36,553 nucleotides of DNA from a candidate division WOR-3 bacterium (GCA_027053075.1 JALUEE010000075.1:1-36553); one strand, 5' to 3'; counted from the stretch's first letter, positions 8,553 to 18,201 are shown. A program made the numbers and translations. Notes: a model not told the origin generated them from the letters alone.

Positions 8553-8966
8553 ATGCTTGAATACAGCGAGAAAGTAATGCAGGAATTTTTGAATCCCCAA
8601 AATATGGGCAAAATAGATGGGGCTGATGGGATTGGGAAGGTTGGAAATCCTGTTTGTGGAGATGTAATGTGGATTTACATAAAGGTTGAAGATGACAGGA
8701 TTGTAGATGTGAAATTCCAGACCTTTGGCTGTGTAGCAGCAATTGCTACATCGTCCAAGGTTACGCAGCTTGTAAAGGGGAAAACTGTTGAGGAGGCTTT
8801 GAAGATAACAAACAAGGCTGTTGCCGAAGCCCTTGATGGGTTACCCCCGATAAAGATGCACTGCTCTTTACTTGCCGAGGAAGGAATAAAGGCAGCTATT
8901 GAGGATTACATGAAAAGGCACGGTAAAAAGGGGATAGGCAACCACGAAAAACAGGGCCAGAACTAA
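8553..8966 (+). CDS. nifU: Fe-S cluster scaffold NifU/IscU
   Basis: YSEKV..F.NP.N, GNPVCGD, FGCVAAIA, KMHCS; SD GGAGG. Confidence 0.93.
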   Translation: MLEYSEKVMQEFLNPQNMGKIDGADGIGKVGNPVCGDVMWIYIKVEDDRIVDVKFQTFGCVAAIATSSKVTQLVKGKTVEEALKITNKAVAEALDGLPPIKMHCSLLAEEGIKAAIEDYMKRHGKKGIGNHEKQGQN

Positions 8967-8983
8967 TAGGTAACCTCCCCTTC

Positions 8984-9017
8984 TGAAGTGGTGCCGCACG
9001 CGTGCGGCACCACTTCA
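8984..9017. repeat. perfect 34-bp palindrome between the convergent nifU and hypE
   Basis: TGAAGTGGTGCCGCACG|CGTGCGGCACCACTTCA; no U-tract after the stem on either strand. Confidence 0.85.
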
Positions 9018-9273
9018 AAAAGTCATCTATCATGCTAAAGCATATGGAAACAACAACAGTTTTGAAAAACAATTAGGCATTCAAAAATCTTACAATCAAA
9101 TATACGAATCAATGGAGTTGAAGGAGAATTTCCTTTACCACGCACGATATGTGTGGTACCGAAGACGTATTGAATCTGCTTAACATGGGTTAAATTTTTT
9201 CAACCACCATAAGTTCACATCTTTCATTTTGATACTTTGATCTTTAGATATGAGGGGTAATGCCCGAATAAAG

Positions 9274-10260
9274 TCAGCAAATCCTTGGAAGTTTCTCACC
9301 AATTGGTTTGTATAGAATTCTCCTTGCACCATAAGGATTCCTGACAACTACAACTCCGGGATGCTCGTCTGTAACTCTCCCGATTATTGAGGCATTTTGA
9401 CCATAAGGATGCTGTCTCAGAATATTTATGACCTTCGGTGCATGATTTTCTGATACGACCACAATCATACACCCCTCGTTTGCCACCTCAAGTGGGTCAA
9501 TGCCGAGGAGTTCAGAAAGTCCACGGACCTCCTCGCTTATGGGGACTTTCCCCTCTTCGATGTCTATTCCATAGTTTCTTCCGTCAACGATTTCATTTAG
9601 CGTTTGCGCAAGACCTCCTCGTGTGGGATCTCTCATGAATTTAACAGGAATGCGGTCCAGGAGATTTTTGATAAGGGACCAGAGGGGTCTCGTGTCACTT
9701 TTGATGGTGGATGTAAGGTTGAGGCGGTGGGAGAGCACGGCGAAGCCGTGCTCTCCCACCGCTCCCGTCACTATCACTACATCCCCTGACTCAACTGCAT
9801 CAAGCCCCGGTATCTCCCTGTAAATCCTCCCAATTCCAGTTGAATTTATAAATAATCCCGGCCTCTCCGGGTCTCGAGCCTCCACCACTTTTGTGTCTGC
9901 TGAAATAACCGATATCCCGACCTCCTCAATGCGTTTTTTCATAGACGAGAGAATCTCCTCGAGTGCGCTGGAATCAAATCCTTCCTCAATGATAAACCCA
10001 AGGGTAAAATAGAGGGGTTGAGCCCCCATTGACGCAAGATCATTTACAGTCCCGCAAATTGACAGGTCACCAATATTGCCCCCGGGAAAGAAAACAGGAT
10101 TGACAACAAATGAATCCGTTGAAACCACGTATTTTTTATCAAAAATTCCACCATCATCCATTCGGGAGAGTTCATCCGACGAGATGTATTTGCTAAAGAC
10201 CCTTCTAATCAGTTCCTCTGTTTTCTTTCCACCACTTCCATGTGTTAACCTGATTTTCAA
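9274..10260 (-). CDS. hypE: hydrogenase maturation carbamoyl dehydratase HypE
   Basis: LTHGSGG, STDSFVV.P.FFPGG.IG, DTKVV, MRDPTRGG, ANEG, C-terminal PRIC; probable TTG start at 10260 overlapping the nikO stop. Confidence 0.95.
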   Translation of the reverse strand: MKIRLTHGSGGKKTEELIRRVFSKYISSDELSRMDDGGIFDKKYVVSTDSFVVNPVFFPGGNIGDLSICGTVNDLASMGAQPLYFTLGFIIEEGFDSSALEEILSSMKKRIEEVGISVISADTKVVEARDPERPGLFINSTGIGRIYREIPGLDAVESGDVVIVTGAVGEHGFAVLSHRLNLTSTIKSDTRPLWSLIKNLLDRIPVKFMRDPTRGGLAQTLNEIVDGRNYGIDIEEGKVPISEEVRGLSELLGIDPLEVANEGCMIVVVSENHAPKVINILRQHPYGQNASIIGRVTDEHPGVVVVRNPYGARRILYKPIGEKLPRIC

Positions 10261-10961
10261 GATTTCTCCTCTCTGCATCCAGGCTCGAAATAAAGTTTAT
10301 TTTTTATCAAAAGGTTAGTATCCTGAAGAATCTCATCCACTCCACCGTCAGCGACAACTATTCCACTATTGAGAACCACGACTCTATCAACAAGATTGGG
10401 AAGCAAGTCAATTTCATGCGTTGCTATCAGAACCGATTTCGGTATATCGCAAATAATTTTCATAATCTCCAGCCTTGATGCCGGGTCAAGTCCGATTAAG
10501 GGTTCATCTAAAAGGTACAGTTCAGGACACATGGCAAAAACAGTGGCAATGGAAACCTTCTTTTTCTCTCCTTCGCTCAAATGATGGGGTGACCTTTTCT
10601 CATAACCAATGAGACCCGTTGATGAAAGTGCCTTTTTTACACGGGATAGGACCTCTTCCCTTTTTAACCCCTGATTCAGGGGACCAAAGGCCACATCATC
10701 AAATACAGTGGGCAAAAACAACTGAATATCCGGATTCTGAAAAACGATCCCGATTTCTTTGGCTGAAATACCATGATATATAATCTCTCCTTCAAAATCT
10801 ATAAGACCTTTTATAGCCATTAATAGCGTCGATTTTCCGGCACCGTTTGGCCCCACGATGCCAATTTTTTCACCTTGATAGATGGTGAGATTCACATCTT
10901 TGAGTGCCACAACCCCTTCAAACCTCACGCTCAGGTTTTTAATTTCGATCAACTTTTCCAT
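10257..10961 (-). CDS. nikO: ECF transporter ATPase (CbiO/NikO)
   Basis: Walker A GPNGAGKS, VFQNPDIQLF.PTV.DDVAFGP, LSEGEKKK, LLDEP. Confidence 0.88.
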   Translation of the reverse strand: MEKLIEIKNLSVRFEGVVALKDVNLTIYQGEKIGIVGPNGAGKSTLLMAIKGLIDFEGEIIYHGISAKEIGIVFQNPDIQLFLPTVFDDVAFGPLNQGLKREEVLSRVKKALSSTGLIGYEKRSPHHLSEGEKKKVSIATVFAMCPELYLLDEPLIGLDPASRLEIMKIICDIPKSVLIATHEIDLLPNLVDRVVVLNSGIVVADGGVDEILQDTNLLIKNKLYFEPGCREEKS

Positions 10962-11686
10962 AACAGCACCACAAATATCAGGGTTACGAGCGTTGCGGCA
11001 ACATCAATTTGAGAATAACTCACATTATTCACCGTTCTAATTTTGCCTTCAAATCCCCTTGCCTTCATTGATAGATAAATTTTCCTGCTCCTTTCGAGAG
11101 AACGCATGAGTGTGGATGAGATTATGTACGACCACACCTTCAGGTTTAATCTCCCCCTGGACGATGCCGCAATTTTTGCTCGCATAAATTCATCGTAAAT
11201 TATGAAAGAATACCTGTAAATGAAACCCAGAAGGGATACGATGAGCGATGGGACCCTGAATTTTTCAAGTGCCTTCAAAATTTCAGAATAGGGGGTAGTT
11301 GCTATGAGTAGCTGTAAGATTGAGACCGAGAAAATGGACCTCACAACAAGGGTTATGAATCTGTAAAAAGATTCTCTGTAAATTTTGAGGGGTCCAAAGG
11401 AGGCGATTTTTTCACCATCCTGTTGAAATAGAATGGAAATACCCGCAAGGAGGATGAATGGAAGCAGGATGACGATGTTTTTGAAAAAATATCCAGCCGG
11501 TATGTGGGAAATCGCAATCAGAAGAGATAAAAATACAAGACACCACAGGAGTTTTTCTGTCTCGAGGGAAAAGAGGAGCACGATGGAGAGGATGAGAATG
11601 AAGCTTGTTATGAGTTTGACAGAAACATTTATGGAATGAATCGGGGAGTTTATGGAGCTGTAGTGATCTATAAAGTGATGCTTCAT
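10949..11686 (-). CDS. nikQ: ECF transporter T component (CbiQ/NikQ)
   Basis: SPIH, TM helices, 'RYSFII.DE', 'SRG' and 'MKARGF' motifs. Confidence 0.88.
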   Translation of the reverse strand: MKHHFIDHYSSINSPIHSINVSVKLITSFILILSIVLLFSLETEKLLWCLVFLSLLIAISHIPAGYFFKNIVILLPFILLAGISILFQQDGEKIASFGPLKIYRESFYRFITLVVRSIFSVSILQLLIATTPYSEILKALEKFRVPSLIVSLLGFIYRYSFIIYDEFMRAKIAASSRGRLNLKVWSYIISSTLMRSLERSRKIYLSMKARGFEGKIRTVNNVSYSQIDVAATLVTLIFVVLLWKS

Positions 11687-11955
11687 TTTTTACGTGAAAT
11701 CAGCTTGAATAGACCGATAACGGAGATAAAAACGATACCTGTACCTATGAGTCCGGCAAAAGAAGTTGCAAGTCGGTCGTTGTCGAGAATTTTCACCTGA
11801 TAGTCTTTGAAAGGAGCGTTAAACAACACCTTTTCTTTGAGGTTATACTTGATAGCCACCTTTTCAAGTCCATCAGGTAATGAAGATGCATACGGTGAAA
11901 GCATGAAACCAACGATGAAAGAAAGGATCAGTCCCACAAACACCAGTTTCTTCAC
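11683..11955 (-). CDS. nikN: PDGLE-domain NikN-like component
   Basis: Two TM helices flanking 'ASSLPDGLEKVA'. Confidence 0.82.
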   Translation of the reverse strand: MKKLVFVGLILSFIVGFMLSPYASSLPDGLEKVAIKYNLKEKVLFNAPFKDYQVKILDNDRLATSFAGLIGTGIVFISVIGLFKLISRKK

Positions 11956-12572
11956 TTGAATTCCTCTCCTAATTTTTTGAGGCCAGGGTCAAGCTTATAA
12001 AGTGCCACAAGGACGGAGAGGGTTATGAACCCCTCACCAATACCGATTAGAGAATGAACTGAAACCATGGCTGGTAATGCCACTTTTAGCGGTATAGTCC
12101 CGGATAGGGAAAGTTCGACAGCACACAGGGCTGCGGAAGCCACTATGGATAGCCATGCGGAAATAAATATGGCCAATCTGTGGTCCCATTTTTTAAACGC
12201 TTTGTAAATTAAAATCCCCACAATTGGAGCAACAATACCCATGTTCAGGATGTTTGCTCCGAGAGATGTAATTCCCCCATCGGCAAAGAGCAGAACCTGT
12301 GATATAAGGATGGTGGCCATTATTATGGAAGCAGCGAAGGGACCGAAGAGTATGGCAAGCAATGCCCCACCGACAAGATGTCCACTTGTTCCACCAGCAA
12401 CGGGGAAATTGATCATCTGAGCGGCAAATACAAAGGCCCCGAGTACCCCCATGACAGGTATGGTTTTCTCATCATGCTTCACTCTTTTAACTGAATAGGT
12501 GAGCCATGAGGCAGAGATTACATAAGTAGTAGCTGCGACCTCACCAGAAAGGAACCCATCTGGAATATGCAT
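11952..12572 (-). CDS. nikM: ECF S component CbiM/NikM (nickel type)
   Basis: N-terminal MHIPDGFL (NikM-like rather than CbiM MHIMEG), GTSGHL, ADGG; hydrogenase context. Confidence 0.88.
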   Translation of the reverse strand: MHIPDGFLSGEVAATTYVISASWLTYSVKRVKHDEKTIPVMGVLGAFVFAAQMINFPVAGGTSGHLVGGALLAILFGPFAASIIMATILISQVLLFADGGITSLGANILNMGIVAPIVGILIYKAFKKWDHRLAIFISAWLSIVASAALCAVELSLSGTIPLKVALPAMVSVHSLIGIGEGFITLSVLVALYKLDPGLKKLGEEFK

Positions 12573-12578
12573 ATCGAA

Positions 12579-12607
12579 AGTTTAACTCATTGATTCACCT
12601 ATGTCAA
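12579..12607 (-). promoter_or_regulatory. sigma70 promoter of nikMNQO-hypE, leaderless geometry
   Basis: Minus strand TTGACA (12607-12602)-17 bp-TAAACT (12584-12579), 6 nt before the ATG; no SD. Confidence 0.7.
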
Positions 12608-13256
12608 ATAATTGTATGTTAAATAAATACAAATGTTCTGAGAAATGTTTTTGGGAGGATATTCATATCCCTAATCCCTCTTTTCAGAGTAAGAAGGGGA
12701 AGTTTCGCCAAAACCAGTCCTCGTACACATTTTTTTAAGTTGGATAGGGCGTTAGTACGAGAAAGTTCGCAAATCAAAAAATTTTATCATCTATAACAGA
12801 AACTTGCTCTCCCCGTGTAAATCCTCGCAATGAGAGGATTGCGGTAGTGTGTTACCCCTAAAATTTATCTATCAAAAAACACTCGCCCCTTTCCCGATCC
12901 ATAAGACTACCTGGGTGGGTATTGATTGTATCTTGTTAAATTTCAAAGAGAAAGCCCTATTCCATAATTTTGTCCCGCTTGCTTTGAACGCGGGAGGGAG
13001 TTTCATCATGTATTTAAAAACCCAAAGACAAAGCCCGCTGGGGGGCTTTATGCAAAGTTTACAAGCAACGCCTGTTGGAGAGGGGGATTGTTTGGGCTAT
13101 GGAAAGGGTGTGAGGAATTTCCCTTTTCTTTGTCAGACGAATTCCCCTGGAAGAAAAATATCCTTGATAAAGGTCACTAAATTAATTGTGTTTGAAATGA
13201 TGTATTAAGCATTTGATTTAAAATTAATTTGATTTGTAAATCATCCAATTTAAAAC

Positions 13257-13284
13257 TTGACAATTTTACATTAATGCTTATACT
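13257..13284 (+). promoter_or_regulatory. sigma70 promoter of the hydrogenase operon
   Basis: TTGACA (13257-13262)-16 bp-TATACT (13279-13284), AT-rich upstream region; SD AGGAGG before ATG 13329. Confidence 0.65.
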
Positions 13285-13328
13285 AAGCTTGAAGTCTATG
13301 CGCATAGTTGAATAAAAAGGAGGTTGTC

Positions 13329-14447
13329 ATGAATAGGTTCGGTTATGTCCCTGGGCTTTCCGAAGAAATAAGCAGGAGGGATTTTATTAAACTCCTGACT
13401 ATCGCTGCGGCTACAATGGGTCTTCCAGTTGGATTTGTTAAAAAACTTGAAGCTGCAGTTAAATCACCCACAAGGCCTCCCGTTATCTGGCTTCATTTCC
13501 AGGAATGCACTGGATGTACAGAATCTCTTTTAAGAACATCAAATCCTGCATTTGCAAAGCTTATTCTCGACATAATCTCTCTTGATTATCACGAAACCAT
13601 TATGGCAGCTGCCGGGAGCCAGGCCGAAGAGGTTTTACAGCACATGATAAATAAGCATGCAGGAAAATTCATCTGCGTTGTGGAAGGCTCAATACCCACG
13701 AAAGACGGTGGAATTTATTGTCAGATTGGTGGCAAAAAAGCTGTGGATATCATGAAAGAGGTTGCTCAAAAGGCAAGTGCTATTGTTGCCATTGGAAATT
13801 GCGCATCCTTTGGTGGGGTCCAGTCAGTAGAGCCCAATCCAACAGGTGCAGTTGGAGTGATGGAAGTCATTAAAGATAAGCCTCTCATCAATGTTCCCGG
13901 ATGTCCACCAAATCCATATAACATTCTTTCCACTCTACTGTATGTTCTGACATTCAAGAAAATTCCCGAACTTGATGAGTACAGAAGACCCAAATTTGCA
14001 TATGGTAGAAGGATTCATGACCACTGTCCAAGAAGGGCTCACTTCGATGCCGGTAGGTTTGTAGAACACTATGGAGATAAAGGTCACAGACTCGGGTGGT
14101 GCCTTTATAAAATGGGATGTAAAGGGCCTGTGACTTATGCCAATTGTCCAACCACCCAGTTTAACGATGTTGGAGTATGGCCCATTGGCATTGGTCATCC
14201 CTGCATTGGATGCACACAGCCGAAGGTAGGATTCCATCTACCTGTCAAATTAAAAGTTAAACCCCAGGAAGTAGTGCCTCCAGAGCAGTTCCCTCCCATT
14301 ACTGTGAAAGAGGGTAAAGCGACGATTGCCGGGGTGGCAGCAGTTTCTGCTGCACTTGGAGCAGCGGCTGGAGCAGCAGGTGTTATTGCCTCCAGGTTAC
14401 CTGATAAGGAGGAGCGGGATCATGAAGGAAAGGCCAAAGAATCCTGA
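13329..14447 (+). CDS. hybO: [NiFe]-hydrogenase small subunit, Tat-exported (HybO-like)
   Basis: SRRDFIK Tat motif, WLHFQECTGCTES, PGCPPNP, HDHCPRR, CLYKMGCKGP, GHPCIGC, C-terminal TM. Confidence 0.92.
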   Translation: MNRFGYVPGLSEEISRRDFIKLLTIAAATMGLPVGFVKKLEAAVKSPTRPPVIWLHFQECTGCTESLLRTSNPAFAKLILDIISLDYHETIMAAAGSQAEEVLQHMINKHAGKFICVVEGSIPTKDGGIYCQIGGKKAVDIMKEVAQKASAIVAIGNCASFGGVQSVEPNPTGAVGVMEVIKDKPLINVPGCPPNPYNILSTLLYVLTFKKIPELDEYRRPKFAYGRRIHDHCPRRAHFDAGRFVEHYGDKGHRLGWCLYKMGCKGPVTYANCPTTQFNDVGVWPIGIGHPCIGCTQPKVGFHLPVKLKVKPQEVVPPEQFPPITVKEGKATIAGVAAVSAALGAAAGAAGVIASRLPDKEERDHEGKAKES

Positions 14448-15318
14448 CCGGAGAGAGTTCCTTAAAAAGGGTATGGCAGCTGCAGTAGGTGCAGCCCTTT
14501 TCCCGGGGGCAGTTCTTGCATCTGAACAGGAAAATTCGGAAGAGTGGTATTCCATGCTCTATGATTCCACTAAGTGCATAGGATGTAAATCATGTTCAGT
14601 TGCTTGTAAAAGAGTGAATCACCTTCCTCCAGAATTAGAAAAGGACGGCATACATGATGACGCTATCGATTTATCGGCTAAAACCAAGACAATCATCAAA
14701 CTTTATAAGTCCGATGACGGCAGAAGTACATTTGTAAAAAGACAATGCATGCATTGCCTTGATCCTGCATGTGTATCTGCCTGCCCTGTTAGTGCCATGC
14801 GAAAAGACAGGACAACCGGTATCGTTTACTGGAATGGGAATAGATGTATCGGTTGTCGCTACTGTATGGTTGCCTGTCCATTTGAGGTGCCAAAATTTGA
14901 ATGGGACAACCCAATCCCTCATATAGTCAAGTGTGATCTATGTAAAGACACTTATTTGAAGGAAAAGGGAATTACAGCATGTGCTGATGTATGCCCAACC
15001 GGTGCAATTATTTTTGGGAAAAGGGGAGACCTTTTAATCGAGGCTAAAATGCGCATAAAGAAAAATCCTGAGCGATATAACCCCGTAATTTATGGAGAAT
15101 ACGACGGCGGTGGCACTTCGGTCATGTATCTCGCTCCAAAAGGTGTATCATTTCAGGAGCTTGGATTCCCCAGGCTTGAGAAATCGCCTGCTGAAATTTC
15201 TGAATCCATACAGCACGGTATCTACGAATCTCTTGTTCCACCATTCCTTGCCCTGGGAGCACTTTATTTCCTTTTAAAGCCCGAAAAAAAGGAGGGCAAA
15301 AATGATTCAGGAAAGTAA
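14422..15318 (+). CDS. hybA: hydrogenase-2 ferredoxin-type subunit HybA
   Basis: DRREFLK Tat motif, CIGCKSC, CMHCLDPACVSACP, CIGCRYCMVACP, KCDLC, C-terminal TM; ATG 14422 after SD GGAGG. Confidence 0.9.
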   Translation: MKERPKNPDRREFLKKGMAAAVGAALFPGAVLASEQENSEEWYSMLYDSTKCIGCKSCSVACKRVNHLPPELEKDGIHDDAIDLSAKTKTIIKLYKSDDGRSTFVKRQCMHCLDPACVSACPVSAMRKDRTTGIVYWNGNRCIGCRYCMVACPFEVPKFEWDNPIPHIVKCDLCKDTYLKEKGITACADVCPTGAIIFGKRGDLLIEAKMRIKKNPERYNPVIYGEYDGGGTSVMYLAPKGVSFQELGFPRLEKSPAEISESIQHGIYESLVPPFLALGALYFLLKPEKKEGKNDSGK

Positions 15319-16438
15319 ATACGAAGTCGTTCGTGGAAAAGTCATCACCAGGACATTCCTTTTGTTTACTTTCTTCTTTCTCCTCTCATTGATCCTGCTT
15401 GCTGTACGATTCACAAAAGGTCTTGGAGCTGTCACCAATCTTTCTGACGGATATCCATGGGGAATCTGGATTGCGTATGATGTAGTGGTGGGCTCGGCTC
15501 TGGGATGCGGAGGCTATGCCCTTGCAATTTTGATCTATATTTTGAACAAACGGGAATTTTCTCCTCTTATGAGAAGTGCACTTCTCACAAGTGCCCTGGG
15601 ATACACAATGGCAGGCTTTGCTGTGATCATCGACCTTGGAAGATACTGGAACGTCTATGGATTTGCCCTTCCCAACCGCTGGAATCTTTCATCTGTGCTC
15701 TTTGAAGTTGCCGTTTGTATCATGACCTACACCCTTATTCTCTGGATTGAGTTGACGCCAGTGATAGCCGAAAAGACGGGATGGAATCGGAAAAAGCTTG
15801 AAAAAATAGTCATGGTAGCCGCAGTTATCGGTCTTATCCTCCCTACAATGCACCAGTCGTCCCTCGGGTCAATACAAATTATATCCCTTAAAAAGCTCAA
15901 CCCACTCTGGCACTCTGGATTTCTACCGTTGTTTTTCCTATCATCAGTAATTCTAATGGGGTATGCAGTTGCCTCCGCTGAATCACTCCTTTCTTCTCTG
16001 TATTTCAAGCGCCCATTCGAAATGAATCTCCTGAAAAAACTTTCTATATACATGGTATACATCGGTTTTGGCTGGATTATTCTCAGATTCATCGAGCTGA
16101 TTTTCTGGGGAAAGATTAGCCTTGTATTCACTCAGGGATTTTATTCATTCATGTTTTGGCTTGAGGTCGCCCTCTTCTTTATTCCATCGTACATGCTCTG
16201 GAAGTATCGAAAACAGTTAAGCCCACGAAAAATCTTCGTCTTTTCCATCATCTATCTTTTTGCAGGTGCCCTTTATAGATTCAATGTTTACCTCATTGGC
16301 TGGAATCCCGGTAGCAATTGGGTTTACTTCCCATCGATGAGTGAAACTTTAATAACCATTGGAATTGTGTCCTTTGAATTCATGATTTACTTGATTTTTG
16401 TCAAAACCTTCCCTGTTTTGCCGGCAAAGGAGGTCTAA
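15302..16438 (+). CDS. hybB: NrfD/PsrC-family membrane subunit HybB
   Basis: GLGAVTNLSDGYPWGIWI, DLGRYW, SVLFEV, MHQSSLG; about ten TM helices. Confidence 0.9.
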   Translation: MIQESKYEVVRGKVITRTFLLFTFFFLLSLILLAVRFTKGLGAVTNLSDGYPWGIWIAYDVVVGSALGCGGYALAILIYILNKREFSPLMRSALLTSALGYTMAGFAVIIDLGRYWNVYGFALPNRWNLSSVLFEVAVCIMTYTLILWIELTPVIAEKTGWNRKKLEKIVMVAAVIGLILPTMHQSSLGSIQIISLKKLNPLWHSGFLPLFFLSSVILMGYAVASAESLLSSLYFKRPFEMNLLKKLSIYMVYIGFGWIILRFIELIFWGKISLVFTQGFYSFMFWLEVALFFIPSYMLWKYRKQLSPRKIFVFSIIYLFAGALYRFNVYLIGWNPGSNWVYFPSMSETLITIGIVSFEFMIYLIFVKTFPVLPAKEV

Positions 16439-16441
16439 ATT

Positions 16442-18154
16442 ATGGCAACAAGGTTAAGAATTGACCCTGTTACAAGAATTGAAGGCCATCTCAGGGTCGA
16501 AGTAGAAGTTGAAAATGGATATGTTAAAAATGCATGGTCCTCCTCACAGATGTGGAGGGGGATTGAAGTCATTTTAAGAAAAAGGGAACCTGAAGATGCC
16601 TGGACAATAACACAGCGTATTTGCGGTGTGTGTACCACTGTTCACGCCATTGCATCAGTAAGGGCTGTGGAAGACGCCCTCAACCTCGAGGTTCCGCTCA
16701 ATGCGCAATACATAAGGAATATCATAATTGGAACACACGCAATTCACGACCACATTGTCCATTTTTATCATCTCTCTGCCCTCGACTGGGTGGATGTTGT
16801 ATCTGCATTAAAAGCTGATCCAGTCAAGACGGCCAGGATTGCCCAGAGCCTTTCGAATTGGCCCTATAATGGAGTTTCGGATTTTAAGGCTGTGAAAGAC
16901 CGGCTAAATAAATTCGTTGCAAGTGGCCAGCTTGGGCCCTTTGCCAATGGATACTGGGGTCACCCTGCCATGAAACTTCCACCTGAAATCAACCTGCTTG
17001 CTGTCACACATTATCTACAGGCACTGGAATATCAAAGATATGCCGATTCTGCCTGTGCTATTGTGGGAGGTAAAAACCCGCACATCCAGAACCTTGCCAT
17101 AGGAGGAGTGGCCAATCCAATAAATTTAAACAATCAGGCAACTCTGAATATGGAAAAACTCATGAAGCTAAAATTCCTTATGGAGAAAGCGGTGAAGTTT
17201 GTCAAAGAGGTTTATCTGCCTGACGCAATAGCACTGATGTCGCTTTACCCCGATTGGTTCAGCTACGGCAAAGGTGTTGACAACTATCTTGCTGTTCCTG
17301 ATTTTCCGCTTGATACGAAGGGAGAGAAATTTGACCTGCCCGGAGGCACAATATTTAACGGTGACCTCAATAACGTTACACCTATAAAATCATTCAAAGA
17401 CCCGTACTTCAGGGATAATGTAAGGGAAAGCATTTATCACTCCTGGTATGACGGTGACTGGATGAAGCATCCATGGGATGAGGAAACTGTGCCAAATTAC
17501 ACCGGATACGATACAAGCAAAAAGTATTCCTGGACAAAGGCACCGCGGTTTGTGCATGATGAAAAGGTCTATCCCATGCAGGTGGGACCTTTGGCTCAGG
17601 TGCTTGTCGGATATGCCCTGAATCATAAATTGATAAAGGAATACGTTGACTCTGCCCTTGAAAAGGCAAGCTCCATAAGTGGCACGAAGTTAACTGTCCA
17701 TCATCTCAAATCCACGGCAGGTCGTCATCTTGCAAGGGCTATTCGCACTGCCGTTATTGCAGACCTTGTTCAGAAGCACTGGCAGTTGCTGGTGGATAAC
17801 ATAGCCAAAGGAGATACAGAGATTTGGAACGAGTATCACTATCCTGCAGGTGCCATTAAGGGTGTTGGGTTCCATGAGGCGCCACGCGGCACCCTCTCCC
17901 ACTGGGTGGTTATTGAAAATGGGAGGATAAAGAATTATCAGGCAGTGGTTCCGTCAACCTGGAATTCGGGGCCAAGGGACCACAAGGGTCGCAGAGGGCC
18001 TTATGAGGAATCGTTGATCGGGAATCCAGTTGCGGAGGTAAAAAGACCCCTTGAGATTTTGAGAACACTTCATTCCTTTGATCCGTGTATTGCCTGTGCT
18101 GTCCATGTTTTTGATAGTGAGAAGAAGGATTCTGTGGAGGTGAGAGTTTTGTAG
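16442..18154 (+). CDS. hybC: [NiFe]-hydrogenase large subunit (group 1, HybC-like)
   Basis: IDPVTRIEGH, L1 QRICGVC, L2 SFDPCIACAVH followed by a 15-aa cleavable tail. Confidence 0.95.
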   Translation: MATRLRIDPVTRIEGHLRVEVEVENGYVKNAWSSSQMWRGIEVILRKREPEDAWTITQRICGVCTTVHAIASVRAVEDALNLEVPLNAQYIRNIIIGTHAIHDHIVHFYHLSALDWVDVVSALKADPVKTARIAQSLSNWPYNGVSDFKAVKDRLNKFVASGQLGPFANGYWGHPAMKLPPEINLLAVTHYLQALEYQRYADSACAIVGGKNPHIQNLAIGGVANPINLNNQATLNMEKLMKLKFLMEKAVKFVKEVYLPDAIALMSLYPDWFSYGKGVDNYLAVPDFPLDTKGEKFDLPGGTIFNGDLNNVTPIKSFKDPYFRDNVRESIYHSWYDGDWMKHPWDEETVPNYTGYDTSKKYSWTKAPRFVHDEKVYPMQVGPLAQVLVGYALNHKLIKEYVDSALEKASSISGTKLTVHHLKSTAGRHLARAIRTAVIADLVQKHWQLLVDNIAKGDTEIWNEYHYPAGAIKGVGFHEAPRGTLSHWVVIENGRIKNYQAVVPSTWNSGPRDHKGRRGPYEESLIGNPVAEVKRPLEILRTLHSFDPCIACAVHVFDSEKKDSVEVRVL

Positions 18155-18159
18155 GTTGA

Positions 18160-18201
18160 AATGAGGTGGGAGGGGCGCCGAAGGCGCCCCTCCCCCTCAT
18201 T
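18160..18201. repeat. strong GC-rich hairpin between hybC and the protease gene
   Basis: AATGAGG(T)GGGAGGGGCGCC-GAA-GGCGCCCCTCCCCCTCATT; 19-bp stem with a 1-nt bulge, no U-tract. Confidence 0.8.

Noticed and set aside
9090..9175. 'NIRINGVEGEF' resembling an IS1595-type transposase motif, plus a small hairpin near 9137-9158
   Set aside because: Too short; no other transposase motifs or TIRs
12573..13100. NiCo, cobalamin or c-di-GMP-I riboswitch upstream of nikM or hybO
   Set aside because: Conserved cores not found; only a loose GCAAAG resemblance near 13052; both promoters lie downstream of these stems relative to their genes
12849..13208. 119-aa + strand ORF upstream of the hydrogenase
   Set aside because: GTG start without SD, no recognisable motifs, runs through hairpin-rich intergenic DNA
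16442..18154. [NiFeSe] hydrogenase or selenocysteine read-through
   Set aside because: L2 motif is DPCIAC with Cys codons; no in-frame TGA
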